Source: Alphaproteobacteria bacterium
GTDB lineage: Bacteria > Pseudomonadota > Alphaproteobacteria > UBA7887
Assembly: GCA_965216755.1 (NCBI GenBank)
Contig: CBDCGL010000011.1
Location: 2,432,001 to 2,496,000 of the forward strand
Direction: 5' to 3'
DNA length: 64,000 nucleotides
Below are positions 40,825 through 51,354 of the stretch, piece by piece (position 1 is the stretch's first letter; every line of letters starts with the position of its first letter). The notes beneath the pieces are model-generated. The model saw nothing but the letters and a program-made list of their open reading frames with translations, ran no database searches and was not told the DNA's origin. The position numbers and the translations under genes were made by a program.

Positions 40825-41625
40825 ATGTCCGACTTGACAGGGCGAACGGCGATCGTGTCGGGGGCAGCCCGCGGCATCGGCGCGGAATGCGCCAAGGCGC
40901 TGGCCGCCGCGGGCGCGGCCGTGATGCTGACCGATGTGCTTGAGGCCGAGGGCACAGCCACCGCGGATGCGATCCAAACCGCCGGGGGTATCACCGCATT
41001 TTCCGTGCACGACGTTACCCGGGAAGAAGACTGGCAACGCGTCTTCGACGATACCGCGGCGCGTTTCGGCGGCCCCCATATCGTGGTCAACAACGCCGGC
41101 GTTTTTGTCGGGAAACCACTCGAGGACATGACGCTCGCGGAATGGCGGTGGCAAACGTCGATCAATCTTGACGGCGTGTTTCTCGGCACCAAGCATGCCA
41201 TGCGGCGCTTGAAGGGAACCTGTGCCGGCGATAGGCCCAGCGGCTCGATCGTGAACCTGTCGTCGGTCGCCGGCCTGATCGGCTCGCCACTCAGCGCCGG
41301 CTATAGCGCCACCAAGGGGGGCGTGCGTTTGTTGACCAAATCAGCCGCGCTCGAATGCGCGCATTTGGGATACAACATTCGCGTCAACTCTGTGCATCCC
41401 GGCATCATCGAGACCGATATGATGACCCAAGTGGCCCAAAAGATGATGAAAATCCAAGATGCCAACTATGATCAGGCATGGGATTTCCTCAGCGATTTTC
41501 AACCCATTGGGCGCAAAGGCCGCGCTGACGAGGTCGCCCGTGCCATCGTGTTTTTGGCTTCGGATGATTCATCTTTGATGACCGGTGCCGAGCTGGTCCT
41601 TGATGGCGGCCTGACAGCGAAGTAG
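40825..41625 (+). CDS. Short-chain dehydrogenase/reductase (3-alpha/20-beta-HSD-like)
   Basis: SGAARGIG, NNAG, YSATK, RVNSVHPG. Confidence 0.93.
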   Translation: MSDLTGRTAIVSGAARGIGAECAKALAAAGAAVMLTDVLEAEGTATADAIQTAGGITAFSVHDVTREEDWQRVFDDTAARFGGPHIVVNNAGVFVGKPLEDMTLAEWRWQTSINLDGVFLGTKHAMRRLKGTCAGDRPSGSIVNLSSVAGLIGSPLSAGYSATKGGVRLLTKSAALECAHLGYNIRVNSVHPGIIETDMMTQVAQKMMKIQDANYDQAWDFLSDFQPIGRKGRADEVARAIVFLASDDSSLMTGAELVLDGGLTAK

Positions 41626-42022
41626 TGCGCGGTGCGACAGGCGCCGCCACAGACGCGCTACCGCGACCGTCGTGGGTCGCTGAGCACGAGCTCAACATTG
41701 CCATCGATATTGACCCCGTCCACGATACGCCCGGCAGCGCTTCGACCGATACCGTCGCGCCGCGAGGGATCTATTCTCGGGCCTGGGAATAGGCTCAATT
41801 CTGATGAGGCAAAGAGTTCAAGGATGACCGCAGAGCCCAAGACGATCTCGTTTACAGAAACCGTTCGTGCGGCGATTGGTGTCGTCGGATCATGAGCGGC
41901 GCCGTCAGTTCAACCAAAGCGTATGATCCCACCATCCGGGCGCTGCGGCGATCGTCGATGGCATCGGCCACGCGAATCACCGATTGCACTGGCGCCCGCG
42001 CGTTGTCGCAGGGATCGGCCCG

Positions 42023-42394
42023 ATGACCCGCGAAGAGTTGATCGCCCAGCTGCGCGACATTCACTTCCCGCCCCTCGTCGATCATGTGCCGGGGCTGGAC
42101 TTCGCGATCTGGCCGATCGCACTGTTGGCCATGATCTGGATTGGAATTCGCGCCGTGCGATTTTGGCGGCGAAATGCGTGGCGCCGTGACGTGCGCGCCG
42201 CACTAAAGCGGATTGAATCGCGGATAGATCGCGCCGAGCAATGGCCCGCATTGCTCGATCTGGCGATCAAGATCGCACATGTTCGTGGGCGCGCGACTCC
42301 GCTGCCAGCGATCGCCTACCGGCGTCCAGATCAAATCGGAGATGCCGATATGCGTGCTCTGGTCCGGCACATTCGCGCCGAAACGTCGCGATGA
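42023..42394 (+). CDS. DUF4381-like membrane protein of Bat/MoxR loci
   Basis: QLRDIH.P then a TM segment and RRN.WRR; ATGA overlap with the next gene. Confidence 0.7.
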   Translation: MTREELIAQLRDIHFPPLVDHVPGLDFAIWPIALLAMIWIGIRAVRFWRRNAWRRDVRAALKRIESRIDRAEQWPALLDLAIKIAHVRGRATPLPAIAYRRPDQIGDADMRALVRHIRAETSR

Positions 42395-43329
42395 TTGAGT
42401 TCATACGGCCCTGGGCGTTACTTGCGCTGCCATTGCCGTTTCTGGCCTGGCGACTGCTGCCGGCGTTGCCTGTGCCCTCGGCCGTGCCGGTTCCGGCCGG
42501 CGTTCGCGATTTGCTGCAGGGGCTGAACCGGGCGGGTCATCGCCGCGCACTGCGCTGGTCGGCCGGCCTTGGTCTTCGCGCTCTTGGGTGGACGGCGTTG
42601 GTGATCGCACTCGCTGGACCATTCACCCGTGGCCAGATCTTGGCGTCGCCGACCGGACGCGATCTTGTCGTCGCGGTCGACTTGTCCGCCAGCATGGACG
42701 AAGACGATATGAAGTTGGATGGAGAAACGATGGCGCGCTATCAAGTGGTACGCGACCTAATCGGAAAGTTCATTGCCGAACGACGCGGCGACCGGGTCGC
42801 ATTGATTGTGTTCGGCCAAGAGGCACACTTGATCGCACCGCTGACCTTTGATACCGGTGCTGTTGCGGCGATGCTCGACGAATTGGTCATTGGCTTATCC
42901 GGCCATCGCACCGACCTTGGACGCGCGATCGGGTTGACGGTGCAGGTGCTGCGCCACGAGCCCAAAGCGACGCGGGTGTTGGTTTTACTGTCTGACGGCG
43001 AAGACAACTCCGGTGCGCTGACCGGCCTTGATGCCGCCCAAATCGCCGCCGCGCACGACGTGAAGATTTACACGATCGGCTTCACAGCCGAACTCAATGC
43101 CGACGGCGCCGATAATCTGCGTACCCTGGCCGAAGTCACCGGCGGCGTGTTTTACCCGGCACAATCGGCGGCCGCGCTCGCCGAAATCTCCAAAATGCTT
43201 GATCAAGTCGAACCCTCCGCAATCGAAGCTGACCAAACCCGCCTGATCCGGGAATGGACCGCGGTGCCACTGGGTCTTGCTTTTCTGGTTCTCGTGGGAT
43301 TGGTTGTGACGCGGAGACGTGACGCATGA
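42391..43329 (+). CDS. vWA domain membrane protein (BatA/MxaC-like)
   Basis: F..PWALL.LPLP, MIDAS DLSASM, RRGDRVALIVF, LLSDGEDNSG, IYTIG. Confidence 0.9.
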   Translation: MIEFIRPWALLALPLPFLAWRLLPALPVPSAVPVPAGVRDLLQGLNRAGHRRALRWSAGLGLRALGWTALVIALAGPFTRGQILASPTGRDLVVAVDLSASMDEDDMKLDGETMARYQVVRDLIGKFIAERRGDRVALIVFGQEAHLIAPLTFDTGAVAAMLDELVIGLSGHRTDLGRAIGLTVQVLRHEPKATRVLVLLSDGEDNSGALTGLDAAQIAAAHDVKIYTIGFTAELNADGADNLRTLAEVTGGVFYPAQSAAALAEISKMLDQVEPSAIEADQTRLIREWTAVPLGLAFLVLVGLVVTRRRDA

Positions 43330-44180
43330 CCATTACCAACCCGCTCGCGCTCACGCTCTTACTTCCAGCTGTCATCGGCTATATCTGGCTTTTGTACCAG
43401 CCGGCCGGCGCGCCAGGCCGACTGCCGGGCGGTTGGCGGCGCCTCGTCGCGCCGGCGCTCACACCATTTATGACACGCCACGTGCTGCCTGGCTCGGCGC
43501 TCAGTTTGACGCTTTTGTTGGCGATCTGGACCGTGATGGCATTTGCACTCGCGCGCCCCAGCATCGAGAATGCCAAACCAAGTGCCTTCACCAACATTGC
43601 CGGCCGCGTAGTTGTGCTCGATCTGGGCACCAGTGCCGATGTCTACGCCCAGCGACTGGCGGTTGCTAAGCTCACTGCAGCGTCGCCCAGAATCCCGACA
43701 GCGCTGATCGTGGCCACGGCCGATGCGTTCAATGTCGTGCCGCTCACCACCGATCATGGGTTTATCGACCGTTATCTCAACGTCATCCACCCAGATATCA
43801 TGCCCGTCGCCGGCCGGTCGCTCGCTGTGATGATCGCACATGGCGAAGCCGTGCTTGCCGGGGCCGATATCATCGCCGGGCAACTTGTCGTACTAACCGG
43901 CGGCGCACCACCTCAGGGGCAAGTCGCACCCGCAACACATTGGGAGCGGACCATTGTGGTTGACGCGAACGGACGCCAAGCGTGGCGGGCTTATGCTGAC
44001 CGCACAGAATCGCGACTCGCCATCTTTGATGACCTTGATCCGCTCATTGCCGATTTCGATCGTGTCGTGGAACGCGCGCGCCGCGATAGCAGCCGCGATG
44101 CCCATTTGGACCTGCGGCCCCATCTGATCGGCACGGCACTGTTACTTTGGCTATTCATGTTTCGGCATAGGAAGACCTGA
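43326..44180 (+). CDS. Degenerate vWA membrane protein (BatB-like)
   Basis: W..LVAP.L, ALARP, A..VVPLTTD, L.PDIMPV.G. Confidence 0.75.
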   Translation: MTITNPLALTLLLPAVIGYIWLLYQPAGAPGRLPGGWRRLVAPALTPFMTRHVLPGSALSLTLLLAIWTVMAFALARPSIENAKPSAFTNIAGRVVVLDLGTSADVYAQRLAVAKLTAASPRIPTALIVATADAFNVVPLTTDHGFIDRYLNVIHPDIMPVAGRSLAVMIAHGEAVLAGADIIAGQLVVLTGGAPPQGQVAPATHWERTIVVDANGRQAWRAYADRTESRLAIFDDLDPLIADFDRVVERARRDSSRDAHLDLRPHLIGTALLLWLFMFRHRKT

Positions 44181-44983
44181 TGAACACCAGGCCAATTTCG
44201 GTCGTCGGGGCACTGGGCTTGACCGGCTTGTTTTGCTGGCTTTGGCCATACGTCACACTTCCACCGACAACACAAGAGATGGCGAAGCAGGCCTTCGACT
44301 CCGGCCGGTTCGAGGACGCGTTGCTCCTTTTCGACGCACCGGCTTGGCGGGGGGTCGCGGAGTATCGCGCGGGCCGCTACGGCCGCGCTGTTGGGGCGTT
44401 TTCATCCGCTGAGAGCACGCTAGAGCTGTACAATCTCGGCACAGCCTACGCGCAACTTGCGGAATGGGACTACGCAATTGCCGCGCTGGAAGAGGTCCTG
44501 CGCCTGGACCCAAATCACAACGATGCGCGGCACAATCTTCATATCGCGCGGCGGGCCGCCAAACTTGAAGACGATCAAGTAGCACCGCCGTTCGAAGATT
44601 CGAAGCTCGAGGAGTCGGGCGGCGACGAAAGCCGAACGTCGCAAGGCACCGGCCGCGATCCCAAAGACCAACGTACGAGCGCCCCGAAAGATGGGCCGAC
44701 CGAGAGCACCGATTCCCTGATCGATCGAAAGGGGAATAGCAACGAACCGGGGGCCCTTAGCAGCAACCGACCGACCAAACATGCGGGAACCGCCGACGCG
44801 ATCGGCAATCCAGGGCCGACTCCCGAAGTCGGGGAACGTGAGCGTCACGGATCCGTGGAACTTGAGGCACGTGAAAGCGAGCAGATGTTGGAGATTTTGC
44901 TGCGCGGAATTGTCGATGATCCGGATAAGGTACTGCGTGTGCGGCTCCACACCGCCCACCAAAATCGCACATTGGGACCCTAG
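44180..44983 (+). CDS. TPR protein (BatC-like)
   Basis: WRGVA.YRAG.Y, YNLGTAYA, L.LDPNH.DARHNL, low-complexity linker, I.DDP..LR. Confidence 0.8.
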   Translation: MNTRPISVVGALGLTGLFCWLWPYVTLPPTTQEMAKQAFDSGRFEDALLLFDAPAWRGVAEYRAGRYGRAVGAFSSAESTLELYNLGTAYAQLAEWDYAIAALEEVLRLDPNHNDARHNLHIARRAAKLEDDQVAPPFEDSKLEESGGDESRTSQGTGRDPKDQRTSAPKDGPTESTDSLIDRKGNSNEPGALSSNRPTKHAGTADAIGNPGPTPEVGERERHGSVELEARESEQMLEILLRGIVDDPDKVLRVRLHTAHQNRTLGP

Positions 44984-44985
44984 CC

Positions 44986-46299
44986 GTGAGACGGTTACTT
45001 TTCATTATGGCACTCACTATTTTGAGCGGATCGGCTTTGAACGGATCGGCGGGCGCTCAGCCAAACACCGCGCCCACCAAGCCGGAATTGACCGTATTGA
45101 TCGAGCCGTATCACGTAACGGTCGCTGGGGCATATGTTCAGGAACAGATCAGACTTCGGGTTGTCCTTGTATCGCCCCATCCGTTTGAGGAGCTCAAGCT
45201 CGACTTGCCGACAATCCCAAACGCGCGCGTGGTGACCCTGCTGCAACCACGCGCCGGTAAGCTACGAAGCTACGTGTCGGGGTACGGCTACGAAACACGC
45301 CTAGCCCTGTTTCCTGAACATAGTGGTGCGTTGACGATTCCATCCATTTCGGTGTCTGGGGAAATCGCAACGGGGCCCGAGCAACGTGAGCAATTTCGTC
45401 TTCAAGAACCGGAAATCGTAATCCCGGTCCGGATCATGAACCCTTCATTGGCCAGCGACTGGTGGTTGGTGTCGGACGGGATTGAGTTCGCGGAATCATG
45501 GCAGCCGGACCCCCAGGATTTTCGCGTGGGGACAACGATCCAACGCCGTGTTGAATTGACGGCCCGGGGCGTGGCGGTCGAACAATTGCCGATTTTCGAG
45601 CAACCCGCTGGCACTGGCTATGATGTCGTGGGGGTTCAGTCGACCCAGAACACTGAGCTTACAAAGGAAGGTCTGGTATCGCGGGTTTGGAAGACATGGG
45701 AGCTGCGCATCCGATCAAGCGACGTTTTTTATGTCGGCCCAATACGAATCGACTATTGGAATCCGTTGGCCGACCAAGCTGCCGCCGCGATCCTGCCTGC
45801 CAAGCGCGTCGAACCGCTGGTTCCAGACCCTGCCGCCGCCCGCGCCGCTTTGATTGATGCGGCCCTGACGGCGCACGCAAATCGGCGTCTGGGGGCGATC
45901 GTTCTCATCGCCGTGCCCGGGCTTGTCGCCGGCGCCATACTCGTGCTGTTTGTCATTATTGCATGGCCGACCCGCGCCGACCGACAGCTAAAAAGACGTT
46001 GCACGCGCGACGCGTCCCCCGCCGACAGCCTATCTGCGGTCTTGACGTGGTCGCGCGAGAGTTATGGATTGCGGGGAGGTTCGACGCTGGCACGGCCGCG
46101 GGTACATCTAGGCGCGGGCGCGAGCGACGCTGTGCTTCATCTTCAAGAATCGCTTTATGGGCCGCGCGCGGGCGCGTGCGATCCGCCGCGGCTCGCGCGG
46201 CGTCTGATATCGTCGGCACGTCGCCAAAGGCTCAATGCGGCGTGGCGACGTTTATCGACCCCTTTTCATCGTTATTTCGCGGCACAACGCTTGGACTGA
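44986..46299 (+). CDS. BatD-like protein
   Basis: Signal peptide, YVQEQI, P..SG.LTIP, VG..I.R.V.L.A.G, C-terminal TM. Confidence 0.75.
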   Translation: MRRLLFIMALTILSGSALNGSAGAQPNTAPTKPELTVLIEPYHVTVAGAYVQEQIRLRVVLVSPHPFEELKLDLPTIPNARVVTLLQPRAGKLRSYVSGYGYETRLALFPEHSGALTIPSISVSGEIATGPEQREQFRLQEPEIVIPVRIMNPSLASDWWLVSDGIEFAESWQPDPQDFRVGTTIQRRVELTARGVAVEQLPIFEQPAGTGYDVVGVQSTQNTELTKEGLVSRVWKTWELRIRSSDVFYVGPIRIDYWNPLADQAAAAILPAKRVEPLVPDPAAARAALIDAALTAHANRRLGAIVLIAVPGLVAGAILVLFVIIAWPTRADRQLKRRCTRDASPADSLSAVLTWSRESYGLRGGSTLARPRVHLGAGASDAVLHLQESLYGPRAGACDPPRLARRLISSARRQRLNAAWRRLSTPFHRYFAAQRLD

Positions 46300-46395
46300 A
46301 ACGATCCGCCCAAGCGACCGCTGGGGTTTCGCTGCGATTTAATCCAGATTGGCAATCGGATGCGCTTTTGTATCTTGCAGAGAGTAGTTTAGACC

Positions 46396-46881
46396 ATAGC
46401 GGATTCGGGGCGCGTTGCGGTAATCGGCGCCGGCGTGTCGGGCATTGCCGCAGCCGATGTTTGGAAAAGATGCGGTTATGCGGTGATGGTTTTCAAACGC
46501 AGCGACCGGATTGGTGGGCAATGGAACCAGACTTACCCTGGCGTGCGTCTCGCCAGCGTGGTCCGCCAGTTTTGGACTTTCATTGCCAACCTATTCCTAT
46601 TCCAACACCGGCGCGACGCCCAACTTGGCAGCATCGCGCCAAGCGTCCTCGACGACGCCATGCCACCCAAATCCCAGTTCGTACGGGATCTCCGCAGCGC
46701 GATGGCACTCGCGCCAAACCACTACTGCGAGCATGTCGGACATGGGCGTATCAAGGCGAAACGGGCGCACTGTGGCAAGTGGCCGTGTTTCGCGGTGACC
46801 TGCAACTTCCCTCCGCCGCCGAAATGCGCACCTCAGCCGACCGTGCCCACCAGATCTTTCTCAAAGACCGGAATGCCATAG
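46396..46881 (+). pseudogene. Flavin-containing monooxygenase remnant
   Basis: VAVIGAGVSG...IGGQW..TYPGVRL N-terminus with ATA at the start position, then an abrupt jump to a short internal fragment. Confidence 0.65.
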
Positions 46882-46994
46882 GCAGGAGACGTCGGAAACA
46901 GGGCTTGGCTCAGCGGGCTTTCCACCGTCGGACCAAATTGAAACTGGCCCAAGCGCCCAACGCGCTCGTCAAAAAGCTCAAGCCACACCTGCTC

Positions 46995-47309
46995 TCAATC
47001 CTGTCCCATGGACGGATAGACCGCGGCCGGAAACAAGTGCGTCGCGACTTCGCCCTGGGGCCCAAAGAAGTCCAGGTCATAGGCGCTAAACATGCGCCAT
47101 ACGTCGGTCAGGTCTGTCGCGATATTGTGATTGACCTGCCATCCCGGCGGCAAATCGAGATGATAAATCGGCACCTGCAAACCATGGTCATAAATGACCA
47201 CGCGTCCGCCTTGCCCCTCGCCGGATAGATGGTCCGCTTGAACGATACCGGGCATAAAACACAGCGCGACAACCGCGGCGTATTGGCAAATGGTTCTAAG
47301 AAAATTCAT
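46995..47309 (-). CDS. Secreted hypothetical protein, possibly truncated
   Basis: Signal peptide (VQA), GAGG RBS, I.D.GL..P....LP.GW. Confidence 0.5.
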   Translation of the reverse strand: MNFLRTICQYAAVVALCFMPGIVQADHLSGEGQGGRVVIYDHGLQVPIYHLDLPPGWQVNHNIATDLTDVWRMFSAYDLDFFGPQGEVATHLFPAAVYPSMGQD

Positions 47310-47402
47310 GCGTCCCTCTTGCGCCGGCGGCGACGCCACCGCAATTCGAGATAGCCGACACAACCATCGCATCGCCCAAGAGACAGCTTATGCAAAACCA
47401 TA

Positions 47403-49337
47403 TCACAAATCCGCAACGTCGGTCATGTCGTAGTCGTCGAACGATGGCGCGCGGCACATCGCCCAATAGTCGACCAAGCGCCATGGCATGACCGAAAACA
47501 CACGTCCCTTTTTGTTGCGGTAGTAGGTCGACATGCCCGGATGGCTCCAAATCATGCAGTCATGTTCAGCATCCACCCGGGCCATGTAGGCATCGTGCAC
47601 CGGACGTTTGACGTCGATGGTCGCGATATTTCGCTCGATCATGCCGACCAGACATCCGGTGATATAGCGGGCTTGGCATTCGGCTTGAAAGATGGCGCTG
47701 CCGCCATGACCGAGACCTGTGTTCGGCCCCTGCATACAGAAAAAGTTCGGGAACTGCGGCACGGTTATCCCCAAATACGCTTTCGGATCGTCGTCGGCCC
47801 AAACATCCGTCAGCCGCGCCCCATCGCGCCCCGTGATGTTCAATCGCGCCGCCATCGGCCCGACACGGAAGCCGGTCGCGAAAACGATCACGTCCGCCGC
47901 CCGCAATCTGTCATCTTCGGTCAGCACCCCTGTGGCCGCCAAACGCTTTACGCCGTCTGTGACGAGTTCGACATGTGGCCGTTTCAGCGCTGCGTACCAG
48001 CCATTGTCAAGTAAAATGCGCTTGCCGAATGGTGGATAGGTCGGCACACATTTGGCCAGCAGGTCGTCCCGGCCGCGAAGCTCGTGCTTGATATGGTCCG
48101 TCATTTCTTCGCGATGTCGATCATTGGTCCGGTTCAGCGATCGCCGCGGATTCGGCCATTGCGGATCCTTTCGCAATGTCGGCAACAGGCCGTCGCCATA
48201 CCGCCACAGCATGGCGAAACGAAACCAAGCCGCATAATAGGGAACGTGCTGCAAAAGCCACCGCGCGCCGCCATCAATCGCGTCGCGATAACGTGGAATT
48301 GGCCGCACCCATTGTGGGCTCCGCTGATAGATTGTGAGCGCGGCAACGGTATCAGCGATGGTGGGTACGATTTGCATGGCGGACGCGCCGGTGCCGATGA
48401 CGGCAACACGCTTGTCTGTCAGGTCCAGATTGCGCGGCCAGTTCGCCGAGTGAAATAACACGCCGGCGAATTTGTCCGCGCTTCGGATCCGCGGGGTTGA
48501 CGGCAGGCTCAGTTGACCAATTGCGCTAACCAATGCCGCACCCTCGATCACCTCATGACCCGCAGGGCCGGTCACAGCAATCCGCCAACGCGCAGTCGCC
48601 TCGTGCCAATCGGCCCGCTCGACACATGTCCGAAAACGAATGTGCGGCCGGATGCCGGCCTCGCCTGCACTACGCGTCAAATAATCCTGAATCTCATCAC
48701 GCGCGGCAAAGTAACGGGACCACGGATATGCGCAACCAAACGAGAATGAATAGGCGTGATTTGGCGTATCGACGCCACAACCCGGATAAACGTTTTCCAG
48801 CCACGTGCCGCCCACTTCGTCATTCTTTTCCAGGATAATGAATGGGATACCAAGCTTGACCAGATTGGCACCCAGCGCGATTCCGCTGGCGCCGGCGCCG
48901 ACAATCACAATTGGGCGCGACAGCGCCGCCGTTTCGGGGCGTCGACCGCGCCACGCGATTTGGCGGGCGCAAAATCCCATTTCTTCACGCATCATCGGCG
49001 CATATTCGGCGGGAACGTTTTCCCCGAGGCACGCCCGCATCATCTCAACCATCAGCGCGTCGCCGGGGTCGTCGATCGCCGGCTTGATATTGTCGGCTGA
49101 CAGCAGCGCCACCGCCGCCGCGCAGGCGTCTCGGCGCGCCGTTTTCGAAAGGCCGGCATCTTCGTCCGCGATCAGCTTGACATCGCGTTTTGGTCTAAAT
49201 GGCGCCGCCATCCACCGCCGGTCACCCGTGAGGTGGACCAAAACCATCAACAGGACCCGCATGTCGGCGTGTTGAAGGGCCCGCTCCAGCGTAGCTTTTG
49301 ACAAAGTCGGCGCGGTGTCGGCGGGCGACGTGTACAT
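47403..49337 (-). CDS. Baeyer-Villiger monooxygenase (4-hydroxyacetophenone monooxygenase-like, N-terminally extended)
   Basis: GAGASG, GGTW..N.YPG..VD, FxGxxxHSAxW (FAGVLFHSANW), GTGASA, ATGF. Confidence 0.9.
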   Translation of the reverse strand: MYTSPADTAPTLSKATLERALQHADMRVLLMVLVHLTGDRRWMAAPFRPKRDVKLIADEDAGLSKTARRDACAAAVALLSADNIKPAIDDPGDALMVEMMRACLGENVPAEYAPMMREEMGFCARQIAWRGRRPETAALSRPIVIVGAGASGIALGANLVKLGIPFIILEKNDEVGGTWLENVYPGCGVDTPNHAYSFSFGCAYPWSRYFAARDEIQDYLTRSAGEAGIRPHIRFRTCVERADWHEATARWRIAVTGPAGHEVIEGAALVSAIGQLSLPSTPRIRSADKFAGVLFHSANWPRNLDLTDKRVAVIGTGASAMQIVPTIADTVAALTIYQRSPQWVRPIPRYRDAIDGGARWLLQHVPYYAAWFRFAMLWRYGDGLLPTLRKDPQWPNPRRSLNRTNDRHREEMTDHIKHELRGRDDLLAKCVPTYPPFGKRILLDNGWYAALKRPHVELVTDGVKRLAATGVLTEDDRLRAADVIVFATGFRVGPMAARLNITGRDGARLTDVWADDDPKAYLGITVPQFPNFFCMQGPNTGLGHGGSAIFQAECQARYITGCLVGMIERNIATIDVKRPVHDAYMARVDAEHDCMIWSHPGMSTYYRNKKGRVFSVMPWRLVDYWAMCRAPSFDDYDMTDVADL

Positions 49338-51010
49338 CACGACCGCAACACTTGCCCAGCCGCGGCCCCGGTCAACGTGCCGTCGGCGTAGACGACCGTG
49401 CCATTGACAATCGTGTGGCAAATGCCACGCGACGGCATCACCATGCGTTTGCCGCCGCCGGGCAAGTCATAGCGCCGCTCGCCACGATTGGATGAACCGA
49501 CGGTCTGCGGATCATAAACGCAGATATCCGCGGCCAGACCGGGCCTGAGCCGACCCCGATCCGTGATCCCAAAAAAGTCGGCGGGATCGGAGGTCAGGCG
49601 TCGCACCGCTTCCTCTTGCGTGATCGCTTGGCGTTCGCGTACCCATGTGCCGAGCAAATAGGTTGGATAACCGGAATCGCACAACATATCCAAATGGGCA
49701 CCGCCATCGCCCAGTCCGATCAGAATGCTCGGGTCGTTCAACAACTCCGTCATGCGGTCGACGCGTGTGTTGTAGGACGAAAGCGTAAACTCGCAAGCCA
49801 GATCGTCCGCCAATACAGTATCAAGAAACGCGTCGACTTCGTCTTTTCCCTGAGCACGCGCGATTTCGGCAACATTGAGTCCTTCAAATCTCTTGAGTTG
49901 CGGATTGTGTACTTCGTGCAAGGTGATGCGATGCCAATTGCCCATGGTCAGTTTGCCCGCCAAATCATCGCGAAACTGGTCGCGGAATCCGGGGTCGGCA
50001 TATGCCGCCTTTTGCCCGTCGAATGACTTGTCGGCAAAGACCCGTTGCCACGAAGGAAAGGCCGCGAACGAAAACGGGTTGCGCATGTTGATTTCACGGG
50101 TCAGCGGCAGTGGCGATGTTTGCGGCCGCGCACCACGCGCAATCATCGGCGCCGCCCGGCGCAAAGTGTCACGCACGGCCTCGGGGATGTCATCGCGATC
50201 AAACAGCGCGATAAAGGTCACCGGACGGCCGCTTTCGGCGAGCAGAAAATCAAGCAAGTTGCATTGGCCTTCATCCAGCACACCAATCTGGCGAGTCAAC
50301 GCGACTTCAATCGCACCCTTGCCTTTTTGCTTGAGCACGTTGGCGTAGGCCTTCAGCTCGTCCCGGCTGGCTTGACGACACGCCAGCGGGCGACCTTCGT
50401 ATCCCAAATGTTGGTTGAGGATTGTGCTGGAAAACCCAAATGCACCAACATCGATTGCCTCAGTAATCAACTCGCGTATGCGCGCCGTTTCGTGGTCGGT
50501 CGCGGCGCGTTCCATTGACTCTTCGCCCATGACATAGTGTCGAAAGGGTGTGAGCGGTGCCAGAAAAGCAAGATTCAAGACCGGGTCTCGGCGCGCCGCC
50601 GCATCCATGAATTGGGGAAACGTCTCCCACTCCCAAGTGATTCCCTGGTTCAGCACGTCATAGGAGATCGCCTCCACGCTGACCAGGTCGCGCATGGCGA
50701 TTTCGCGGGCACCGGGGTGGCATGGCGCGATGCCGACACCGCAATTGCCGAGCACGGCGCTGGTCACACCGTGCCACGACGACGGCGTAACAGCGTTGTC
50801 CCAGCAAATTTGCGCATCGTAATGCGTATGCGGATCAATGAAGCCGGGTGCAACCACGCAGTCGGCGGCGTCAATGAGGGTCGCGGCGCCGTCAGTGATG
50901 CGCCCGATTTCGGCAATTACCCCCTTATCGACCGCCACATCCGCCTGCCGGGCCGGCGCGCCGGTGCCATCGATCACCGTACCGTTTTTGATTAGCAAAT
51001 CGTGGGCCAC
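49337..51010 (-). CDS. N-acyl-D-amino-acid deacylase family amidohydrolase
   Basis: DLLIKNGTVIDGTG, PGFIDPHTHYD, GNCGVG, DGGAH, DLPGGGKR. Confidence 0.92.
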   Translation of the reverse strand: MAHDLLIKNGTVIDGTGAPARQADVAVDKGVIAEIGRITDGAATLIDAADCVVAPGFIDPHTHYDAQICWDNAVTPSSWHGVTSAVLGNCGVGIAPCHPGAREIAMRDLVSVEAISYDVLNQGITWEWETFPQFMDAAARRDPVLNLAFLAPLTPFRHYVMGEESMERAATDHETARIRELITEAIDVGAFGFSSTILNQHLGYEGRPLACRQASRDELKAYANVLKQKGKGAIEVALTRQIGVLDEGQCNLLDFLLAESGRPVTFIALFDRDDIPEAVRDTLRRAAPMIARGARPQTSPLPLTREINMRNPFSFAAFPSWQRVFADKSFDGQKAAYADPGFRDQFRDDLAGKLTMGNWHRITLHEVHNPQLKRFEGLNVAEIARAQGKDEVDAFLDTVLADDLACEFTLSSYNTRVDRMTELLNDPSILIGLGDGGAHLDMLCDSGYPTYLLGTWVRERQAITQEEAVRRLTSDPADFFGITDRGRLRPGLAADICVYDPQTVGSSNRGERRYDLPGGGKRMVMPSRGICHTIVNGTVVYADGTLTGAAAGQVLRS

Positions 51011-51354
51011 AAATCCCTCCGTCATTGGCCGCGCCAGGGGTGACGCGCGCGAGTGTGTCATTTTGATGGATTAATCGGGGCCAGAGAATTGTCACGTTGG
51101 CACGGCAGCCAGCCCGGAAAGGCAGTTACCACCAGGCGCCGCACCCGATCGTCATCAATGCCTTGCCACATTCGACGATTCGCTCGGGCCTGCCCCAGCT
51201 GGCGACGTCGGAGAAAAACCCCAAGTGGCTTGCGATCTTTTCCAATATCAAAATGCTTCAGCCATTATCCTAGTGCGCTTCGTGATCGTTCTGGTCATGG
51301 CATATGTCACCGATCGTTTGAGGGCGCGGGTGCAATCGCCCGCGACAGGTTGTT

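Noticed and set aside
45963-47228. 421-aa plus-strand ORF
   Set aside because: It overlaps BatD, the FMO remnant and an opposite-strand gene, and its Arg-rich composition is typical of a spurious frame.
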